Source: a virus
Taxonomy: Duplodnaviria; Caudoviricetes
Direction: 5' to 3' (one strand)
IMG/VR virus record: IMGVR_UViG_3300020045_020419
Span: 1 to 38,970 of that record
DNA: 38,970 nucleotides
The position numbers were made by a program, and so were the translations under genes. The notes beneath the pieces are model-generated. The model was not told the origin of the DNA and ran no database searches. It saw only the letters and a list, made by a program, of their open reading frames with translations. Within the stretch, counting starts at the first letter, position 1, and each line of letters starts with the position of its first letter. Shown here piece after piece: positions 28,970 through 35,607 of the stretch.

Positions 28970-29362
28970 ATGAGAACAAACAAAACTGTCAAACCATCTG
29001 ACAAAAAGCCGGAAATCCAACGTAAGGAAACCCGAAGAGAACGCAGAGCTATTAAACGCAAAATGGATAATTACTTTAAACTGAAATGCTTTCAAGTTGA
29101 AGTTGAAGTTTGCGATGTAGATGAAACATTTTGGATAATAGCCATTCACGAAGCGCATGTTGATGAATTGCTTTTAGCTTCAGAAGAAAACATTCAGCAT
29201 CCTGATATATGGAGTTACAATGTGCTAAATCCGGAACAAATGAAACAAGTAATTATCAAAAGTGATGATGAAAATAAAGATCCGGAAACAACGCTTTGGG
29301 AGGTGTTCCAAAGCTACGAAGGAGCTGGAGAAATAATATGTTCAACTATGTGGATTGATTGA
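28970..29362 (+). CDS. Hypothetical protein
   Basis: 130 aa with a basic N-terminus and acidic C-terminus. Confidence 0.7.
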   Translation: MRTNKTVKPSDKKPEIQRKETRRERRAIKRKMDNYFKLKCFQVEVEVCDVDETFWIIAIHEAHVDELLLASEENIQHPDIWSYNVLNPEQMKQVIIKSDDENKDPETTLWEVFQSYEGAGEIICSTMWID

Positions 29363-29363
29363 T

Positions 29364-29468
29364 ATGAAAGCGATAACGATAAAACAACCGTGGGCTTCTT
29401 TGATAGTTAAAGGAGTAAAGGATATTGAAAATAGAACGACTAAGGCTATTTTTCAGGCGGGTCTTTAG
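29364..29468 (+). pseudogene. Truncated ASCH-domain gene
   Basis: MKAITIKQPWASLIVKGVKDIENRT matches the ASCH N-terminal signature; similarity stops at AAC 29435-29437. Confidence 0.85.
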
Positions 29469-29555
29469 CAAAATTGAATAGAAATCACAAAACTAAATTA
29501 TTAATATAAACTTGATAGAAATCACTTCCGCCCCGCTTGAAAATAGGCGTGTGTT
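29435..29555. repeat. attC-like site A (121 bp)
   Basis: AAC-N8-CTATTTTTCAGGCGGG ... CCCGCTTGAAAATAG-N6-GTT. Confidence 0.85.
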
Positions 29556-29588
29556 AGGCGGAGTACTTTCTTTCTTATTCAAAAAATT

Positions 29589-29882
29589 ATGAAAACAAGG
29601 AAACAAATTGAGAATTTAATCAAAACAAAACAACGCAAAATCAATGCTTTAAGTGACGAAATAGACCTTCTTAGAATAGAAGAACTACAAATATGTGATT
29701 CTGAACAGACATACGAAGAAAAAGAAGAAGAATGGGTTGTAAAAAGACGTCCAATTACAAAAGAAACTCATGTGATTGGTCGTGTACATTGGGACGAAGA
29801 TTTTATTGACGAAGATACAGGAGACGTAGTTACTATAAATCGAAGTCGACTTGTCCGAAAAGACGGTATCTGGATTTTTTAG
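29589..29882 (+). CDS. Cassette 1 protein with an RpoB-like segment
   Basis: Coiled coil plus WDEDFIDEDTGDVVTINR; the stop overlaps the cassette arm. Confidence 0.8.
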   Translation: MKTRKQIENLIKTKQRKINALSDEIDLLRIEELQICDSEQTYEEKEEEWVVKRRPITKETHVIGRVHWDEDFIDEDTGDVVTINRSRLVRKDGIWIF

Positions 29883-29892
29883 TATTACGCCT

Positions 29893-30017
29893 AACGAAGA
29901 AGACTATGTGCATCCTGCGGGATGCGGGCTTCAAACCTTTCGCAAAGCGAAAAGGTGAAAGCGGGAATATAGACTTCGGAATGCGATTCAGCCAGTAGGT
30001 GAACATAGACGAGTGTT
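29893..30017. repeat. attC-like site B (125 bp)
   Basis: AAC-N8-CTATGTGCATCCTGC ... GTAGGTGAACATAG-N6-GTT. Confidence 0.85.
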
Positions 30018-30068
30018 ATCGGTTCGGCTTATCTTTCTTGTTATCAACAACAAAAAAAATATAAACTT

Positions 30069-30242
30069 ATGGATTTAGTATTTGTAAATGATTGCGCTGT
30101 CGACTGGTGCAATAAAAAAAATGTCGGAAAAGGAAAACAAATGTGCAAAGAACATCAAGCAAAATATGAAGCTGGTGAAAAATTAGTTGCATTTTATGGT
30201 AAAACAGTTCAAAAAAAAGAATTCCAAAATAAGACAGTATGA
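30069..30242 (+). CDS. Cassette 2 protein a, 57 aa, C-x4-C-x11-C-x2-H (not in ORF track)
   Basis: MDLVFVNDCAVDWCNKKNVGKGKQMCKEH...; ATGA overlap with 30239. Confidence 0.7.
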   Translation: MDLVFVNDCAVDWCNKKNVGKGKQMCKEHQAKYEAGEKLVAFYGKTVQKKEFQNKTV

Positions 30243-30430
30243 AAACAAACGACAACGGAGAAACTCAATCTAATCAGTTCAATTTTATAGGAAATTCAAG
30301 TATTAGTTTTTCCCATACTTTCAGAAAAAGTAAAGAGGGAAACATTCATTTGCCTTTTTTCGTGATAGCATACGGAAAAAATGGATTTGTTATTTACCTG
30401 TTGTGTTTCAGCGTCTGCGTTTCTTTTTAA
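30239..30430 (+). CDS. Cassette 2 protein b, 63 aa
   Basis: ATGA-coupled; the stop overlaps the cassette arm. Confidence 0.65.
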   Translation: MKTNDNGETQSNQFNFIGNSSISFSHTFRKSKEGNIHLPFFVIAYGKNGFVIYLLCFSVCVSF

Positions 30431-30440
30431 GCTGACCGAT

Positions 30441-30522
30441 AACGACAGCACTATGTGCGCCCAAACGTACAGAATTGTCAAACAGCATAAAACTGTCTGA
30501 GGGCAGCACATAGAGCCGTGTT
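30441..30522. repeat. attC-like site C (82 bp)
   Basis: AAC-N7-CTATGTGCGCCC ... GGGCAGCACATAG-N6-GTT. Confidence 0.85.
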
Positions 30523-30562
30523 ATGTACAGTGCTTTCTTTCTTATATTTTAAATCGTAAAAT

Positions 30563-30709
30563 ATGAATAAATGAAAATATATTTTTGAAACTGCTACTGT
30601 TCAATGTTTAATTTGTGGTAGGTTTTTCATAAAACAAATGCCGCATTTATGTGGAAAGAATTACAGAAAACATAAAATTAAATGGTTAAAATTAAAACAA
30701 AATGGATAA
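30563..30709 (+). pseudogene. Cassette 3 ORF a: CxxC/HxC mini-protein with TGA at codon 4
   Basis: MNK*KYIFETATVQCLICGRFFIKQMPHLCGKNYRKHKIKWLKLKQNG; overlaps ATG 30702. Confidence 0.5.
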
Positions 30710-30941
30710 CTGTCAAAAAGAAAAATGGCACGACTGCTGCTGTTGCAACTGTGCAAATCATTTAGAAGATTTTCATCATTGTACAACACTACCAAAACCC
30801 GAAGGAGTTTTAGGTTGTGTTTGCTCAACGCATAAAGGTTGGATTTGTCGAATGGCGTTTGACGATTCTTATAAGGTTTATTATCATTCTGGTTGGTCTG
30901 AACACGGAATGTGCGAAATGCACACACCTCGTCTTTCTTAG
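30702..30941 (+). CDS. Cassette 3 Cys/His-rich protein (11 Cys, 8 His in 79 aa)
   Basis: ORF track; the stop overlaps the cassette arm. Confidence 0.75.
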   Translation: MDNCQKEKWHDCCCCNCANHLEDFHHCTTLPKPEGVLGCVCSTHKGWICRMAFDDSYKVYYHSGWSEHGMCEMHTPRLS

Positions 30942-30951
30942 TATTGTACAT

Positions 30952-31072
30952 AACGATAGGGCTAAAAGCATAGCGGGTCTTTAGCAAAGGCAACTGAGCC
31001 GCACAAAATAATCAAAATTAATATTCACTTTCAAGAAATCACATCCGCACCGCTTGCTATTAGCCTTGTGTT
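30952..31072. repeat. attC-like site D (121 bp), homologous to site A
   Basis: AAC-N7-CTAAAAGCATAGCGG ... CCGCTTGCTATTAG-N6-GTT. Confidence 0.85.
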
Positions 31073-31107
31073 ACCGGTTGTTTTTTCTTTCTTCAAAAAA
31101 TTAAACA

Positions 31108-31974
31108 ATGGGAAAATCAAATTCAATTAGAACTTACAGAAATTCTGTAGTTATTCATTTTTCTGAACGTGGTGAGAATTTTACTTTAAAAGTTCCTCAT
31201 TATAACGATTGGATTAATTTAATCCAATTTCTTAAAAAAAGAGGTTTTAAAGTTGGCGAAAACAAATCATACAAAGAACATTACGCATGTTTATCAATGT
31301 ATAATAAATTAGGTTCTAAAAAAGACGTGAGAGTACTAATGGAAATTTGCGCAGACCATATTACACTTGAATTTGGAAACGTAAAAAACTTGTGGACTGG
31401 ACATGCTCAAAGTTTCTGGTCTGATAAAACAGACAATAGATACACTGCTACAACTTATCTTGAAGATAAAGCCGTAGAACTTGAAATAAAAAAGGTTATT
31501 GATAGGTTTAAAGCCAAAGGATTTATGTACGAGCCAAATGATAAGGATAGAACCGATATTGATAATATAATTCATTCAAATAATCATAACTCCCATATAC
31601 ACGGCAAAATTACCTGCCTTGAAGATATTGGAAAATCAATAACCGAAACATCATATAATTACACTCAAAACAGTTGGGATAGAAACCACAAAAGGATTAT
31701 ATGTGGAGATCATAAATGTTTTTACGATTACAACAAAAGGCTTGCTATCGGTGTAGCATGGCACAATATAAATAATATGTGGTGGATAATTGTAAACGGT
31801 AAAAGATATAATAAAGCATCATTTGAGCTTTTTGATTACGATCCAGCTTTGCCAAAAAGAAAACCTGCTGACAAAGATAAAATTACTCGCCTTTTGAAAA
31901 AATATGAATCTGAATTGAATTATGAAAAGTGTATGGCGATTCGGAACTATGCTAAAATTAATAACATCCTTTAA
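31108..31974 (+). CDS. Cassette 4 hypothetical protein (288 aa)
   Basis: ORF fills the cassette; no motif recognised. Confidence 0.85.
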   Translation: MGKSNSIRTYRNSVVIHFSERGENFTLKVPHYNDWINLIQFLKKRGFKVGENKSYKEHYACLSMYNKLGSKKDVRVLMEICADHITLEFGNVKNLWTGHAQSFWSDKTDNRYTATTYLEDKAVELEIKKVIDRFKAKGFMYEPNDKDRTDIDNIIHSNNHNSHIHGKITCLEDIGKSITETSYNYTQNSWDRNHKRIICGDHKCFYDYNKRLAIGVAWHNINNMWWIIVNGKRYNKASFELFDYDPALPKRKPADKDKITRLLKKYESELNYEKCMAIRNYAKINNIL

Positions 31975-32010
31975 AATCAGTGAATGCTGGTATTTTTTAA
32001 AATAACCGGT

Positions 32011-32127
32011 AACGGTCGCTACTATCCTGATTTAGGGGCTTTCACAAATGATGGATAGCGAACAAAACTTACTAATTGCACTTCGGGAGCATAACCCCAC
32101 GCCCCTAAATAGGGATAGTTAGTTGTT
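32011..32127. repeat. attC-like site E (117 bp)
   Basis: AAC-N8-CTATCCTGATTTAGGGGC ... GCCCCTAAATAGGGATAG-N6-GTT. Confidence 0.85.
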
Positions 32128-32513
32128 ATGTACCGTTTATTTCTTTTCTCGGTGTACGCTGAACTGTTATCCGGGAGCAACTCCAAAGCGTTGGGGTGTT
32201 TATATCATTAACAAACAATTTTTTATCATTAATTAAAATTTATTATTAACAAGCATTCTGCTATTGTTCAGTAAAGATTTAGTCCATGAGAAAAAAAGTG
32301 TGCAAATTCTTATCCGCATTTATGCCAAAAGATTGCAGTTAATGCTATTTAAATTAATATGTACCGTTTGCTTCGGTAAATAAGCAATGCAGACTACGTG
32401 TAGGATTAATTACCCAACGGTGGAACATAATCGAATATCTGACGAAGCACAGTACTTAGATTGAAGCGTGGGAACTACGAAAGTGCCTTAAATGAAACTA
32501 ATAATCAAAATAT

Positions 32514-32747
32514 ATGACAAGACAAGAATTTCACCAATTACCAGTATTTCATCAGCGGTTAATTGCTTCTAAAAATGGAATACAAAAAGATAAACGAGAA
32601 CGATCAAAAGCAGTTCAAGGAGTTATCGACAAAACTAGAGTACAAACAAAAGGATATACGGGTGAAGAAGCTCCGAGTGAATTTTATTCTGATAGCCGTG
32701 ATTTATACGCTGAAATAGTCAAAATGAACGGTCGCTTTTTTTTCTAA
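32514..32747 (+). CDS. Cassette 5 protein a (77 aa)
   Basis: A-rich leader; the stop overlaps a degenerate arm. Confidence 0.7.
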   Translation: MTRQEFHQLPVFHQRLIASKNGIQKDKRERSKAVQGVIDKTRVQTKGYTGEEAPSEFYSDSRDLYAEIVKMNGRFFF

Positions 32748-32770
32748 AATAGTACATAATAAAATAATAT

Positions 32771-33001
32771 ATGGAACAAAAAATCAACTTAGGAAAAGCC
32801 AGCGCAGTACGAATACTTGTAGCTGAAGAACTTGGACTTAATCCAGAATATGTGCCACTTGCAAATGAATACATAGTAGGTAAACTTTTTCCACTTCAAT
32901 ACGGAATGCTCGAAAAAGGAGGCATTCAAGCGGTTGAATTAATCAACAACGCAGGACTAACTGATAAAGCCTCCGAACTTGCACAACGCTATTTTTATTA
33001 A
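32771..33001 (+). CDS. Cassette 5 protein b (76 aa)
   Basis: The stop overlaps the cassette arm. Confidence 0.7.
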   Translation: MEQKINLGKASAVRILVAEELGLNPEYVPLANEYIVGKLFPLQYGMLEKGGIQAVELINNAGLTDKASELAQRYFY

Positions 33002-33010
33002 ATGGTACAT

Positions 33011-33131
33011 AACGTTGATAATATGAAAAGTGGCTGCATTCGGTGAGCGAAACTATCAAACTGCAATAAACTTTGATGCGAGCTGTACGATACGAAACGC
33101 AGACAACCAGCCATTTTTTATATTATGTGTT
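33011..33131. repeat. attC-like site F (121 bp)
   Basis: AAC-GTTG-ATAATATGAAAAGTGGCTG ... CAGCCATTTTTTATATTAT-GT-GTT. Confidence 0.85.
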
Positions 33132-33181
33132 AGCGTTTCGTACTTTTTAAATCGAATTTTAAACATTTAAATATCAAAATA

Positions 33182-33718
33182 ATGGAAAAGAATTATAGAA
33201 AAATTGAATTTGGATTAGGAGATATAACCTCCGCTATGAATGAATTGAAAAGGAATAAAGATTTAGTTTGTGGCTCGTTTAACGGACAAATGCTTTATTC
33301 AGATATTGATGATATTGATACAGCTTATAAAAAGATTACAGGCAAAACAAAGGCTGAATTTGATGCTGAAAGAAAAGCTGAAAATGACCGATACAAAGAA
33401 GAGGAGAGAAAACACAAAGAAGCTATTCCTGAACTTACAAAAGAATGGATTGAAAAAGGCAAAGCGATACTTGCTGAAAAATACCATGAAACTTGGATTG
33501 AATGTGTACCAATAAGATTAGACGATTTATATAGAGGCATGGAATTAGGTAATTGCCTAACTATTGTTAAAGAACTTAATGCAGGTTGCGAACTTGCCAC
33601 AGCAAAAACCATAATTGAAGAACAAGGACACTCTGGAATGTCATTCGGTTTGGTTTGCTCAATGGTTAAATCTTTTTGCGATAGAGGTGAAGAATTTGCA
33701 AGTTACGCACGGTCTTAG
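33182..33718 (+). CDS. Cassette 6 hypothetical protein (178 aa, GHSGMS motif)
   Basis: ORF fills the cassette; the stop overlaps the arm. Confidence 0.85.
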   Translation: MEKNYRKIEFGLGDITSAMNELKRNKDLVCGSFNGQMLYSDIDDIDTAYKKITGKTKAEFDAERKAENDRYKEEERKHKEAIPELTKEWIEKGKAILAEKYHETWIECVPIRLDDLYRGMELGNCLTIVKELNAGCELATAKTIIEEQGHSGMSFGLVCSMVKSFCDRGEEFASYARS

Positions 33719-33728
33719 TATGAACGCT

Positions 33729-33782
33729 AACAACTATCTATAAAAAAATCTATTTATAAACTAACTATCAAACAATTACAAC
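33729..33782. other. attI-like site
   Basis: Last AAC, followed by N6-CTAT but no hairpin. AACTATC direct repeat at 33732 and 33763. Abuts the recombinase ATG. Confidence 0.65.
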
Positions 33783-34616
33783 ATGAATATCGGAAACTAC
33801 ACAAACCAACTTTCCAAATCAATTCGATATAAAAGGTATTCTGAGCATACGGTTAGTAGTTATGTAGCTCAAATAGAAAAGTTCCTGAAGCATTTTGAAA
33901 AAGTGGCAACAAAACCATCTGAAATATCGGCAAAGCAGATAACAGAATATTTAGGATCAATGAATAATCATGCATCGCATAAAGCAGCATTATGTGCTAT
34001 TAAGTATTTTTATAGTGAAGTTGGTCACCAACCACGTAAACTTGACAAGGTGAAATTTCCAAAAAAGAATTATAAACTTCCAATAGTACTTAGTCAGGAT
34101 GAAATACAGCGAATGTTTACAGCTTGTACTAATTTAAAACACAAAGTGATTCTTTCATTGCTATACAGTACCGGTTTGCGAGTTTCTGAATTACTTAATC
34201 TAAAGTGGAGTCATATCGATCGTAGCCGAATGATAATAAATGTTATTCAGGGGAAAGGGAAAAAGGATAGACAGGTAATGTTACCACCTACTATAATTCC
34301 ATTGCTAGAAAAGTACTGGTTAGAATATAAACCGAAAGATTATGTGCTAAATGGACAGTTTACTATTCAGTATTCACAAACGAGTGTAAATGCAGTAGTC
34401 AAAGATTTAGCCAATAAAGCAGGAATAACTAAACTAGTATACACGCATCTTATTCGTCATTGTAGCCTTACACACATGTACGAAAATGGAGTAGATATTT
34501 ATGCACTTCAAAAACTAGCCGGACATAATTCAGCTAAAACCACAGCCATATATACCCATATGTCTGATAATATAATAAGTAGAATTCAATCACCAATAGC
34601 AAACATAAATTTATAA
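33783..34616 (+). CDS. IntI-related tyrosine recombinase (277 aa)
   Basis: YSEHTVSSY, KLPIVLSQDEI, LLYSTGLRVSE, GKGKKDR, HLIRH, LAGH and TTAIY; complete catalytic set. Confidence 0.93.
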   Translation: MNIGNYTNQLSKSIRYKRYSEHTVSSYVAQIEKFLKHFEKVATKPSEISAKQITEYLGSMNNHASHKAALCAIKYFYSEVGHQPRKLDKVKFPKKNYKLPIVLSQDEIQRMFTACTNLKHKVILSLLYSTGLRVSELLNLKWSHIDRSRMIINVIQGKGKKDRQVMLPPTIIPLLEKYWLEYKPKDYVLNGQFTIQYSQTSVNAVVKDLANKAGITKLVYTHLIRHCSLTHMYENGVDIYALQKLAGHNSAKTTAIYTHMSDNIISRIQSPIANINL

Positions 34617-34621
34617 CCAAT

Positions 34622-34819
34622 ATGAGCAAAACATTATTCCCATTCCGACAGCCATTCCGTGACAATAACGGAGATGTAGTTATTAAAAGCAGCGAAACAA
34701 CAGTACACGGCATAACTACCATACAAGTAGCTGAAAATAAACGAGACTATAAACCCGATCAGCTTCAACCAATTACACCTGAAGAGTTCCAAAAATATTT
34801 ACATAACGACTTTGAGTAA
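34622..34819 (+). CDS. Hypothetical protein
   Basis: 65 aa, starting 5 nt after the recombinase stop. Confidence 0.6.
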   Translation: MSKTLFPFRQPFRDNNGDVVIKSSETTVHGITTIQVAENKRDYKPDQLQPITPEEFQKYLHNDFE

Positions 34820-34823
34820 AACT

Positions 34824-35027
34824 ATGAACGCAAAAGAATTTTTCGACACAGTTGCATCAATGCGCGAAAATCAACGAAGATATTCCCAAACCAGGAGCCA
34901 CATATTTCTTACCGAAAGCAAAAAATTAGAAAAGATCGTAGACGAAGAAATATCCAGAGTAAATGGAACAATCTCAAAAAGTATAATTGAACAAAATTTA
35001 CCTTCTTTATTTGATGAGCATGAATAA
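34824..35027 (+). CDS. Hypothetical protein
   Basis: MNAKEFFDTVASMRENQRRY...; ATG 34824 preferred over TTG 34812. Confidence 0.7.
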   Translation: MNAKEFFDTVASMRENQRRYSQTRSHIFLTESKKLEKIVDEEISRVNGTISKSIIEQNLPSLFDEHE

Positions 35028-35068
35028 TAATTAAGCGAGCTGCAGTAACTGTGGTTCGCTTAATTATT
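35026..35068 (+). terminator. Long hairpin ending the early operon
   Basis: AATAATTAAGCGAGCTGCAG-TAA-CTGTGGTTCGCTTAATTATT. Confidence 0.6.
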
Positions 35069-35283
35069 GAATAATCACCACCACTCAAAACAACTTACCA
35101 ATACCCGGCCATCAGTAATTCCCCCTACAGAGATTTTAATTAGTACCGTTTGTTTTCTTTCTGCTTAAACAAGACTTTACCGTGAGTTAGTGTTCAGCTA
35201 TACGCTTCTTATATATTATTAATAAAATTAAGTTTGCATAATATAAATTTTATTATCGCATAACTAAATAATTGCATTAGTAA

Positions 35284-35468
35284 ACCTACCACATACCACA
35301 ATTACATATAAATGTCTGAAAATCAGCACAAAAATAGTGGTATGTATGAATAAAAATACAAATTACCACAACAAACCACAACCAACCACAAAAATGAGCA
35401 TACCACGTACATACCACATTTATATTTTTGATAATTAAATAGTTAAATGCTTGTGGTATGTGGTAGGT
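35284..35468. repeat. Iteron-like (T)ACCAC cluster, putative replication origin
   Basis: Perfect 18-bp inverted repeat (35284-35301/35451-35468) enclosing multiple ACCAC/GTGGT units; AT-rich flanks. Confidence 0.6.
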
Positions 35469-35607
35469 AAAATATTTATGAATAAGAAAAACACAAAAAA
35501 AACAGCAAAATTTCAGTAAAAAAGTAGCTAAAAATTTGATTATCAGAAAATTAATTACTAAATTTACTGCTAAAAACCTGTTACCAAACCAATAAAGCCA
35601 AATAATT

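Larger units (their letters stand above)
29435..34616. mobile_element. Integron-like element: six cassettes, attI-like site and tyrosine recombinase
   Basis: Six AAC...GTT hairpins, cassette-specific inverted arms and an adjacent IntI-related recombinase. Confidence 0.88.

Noticed and set aside
30563-30709. Stop-codon reassignment suggested by the in-frame TGA
   Set aside because: TGA, TAG and TAA all act as ordinary stops elsewhere and the long genes are intact under the standard code.
29435-33731. CRISPR array or simple terminators as an explanation for the repeated hairpins
   Set aside because: The units are 82-125 bp, divergent and separated by whole genes, and there are no cas genes. 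The large loops, conserved AAC/GTT ends and gene-spanning arms are not terminator features.
29553-33731. Shufflon/invertible segments or MITEs, because each gene has inverted arms
   Set aside because: All genes share one orientation, the arms are cassette-specific, and no target duplications or transposase are present. Excision as circles explains the pattern better, though inversion is not formally excluded.
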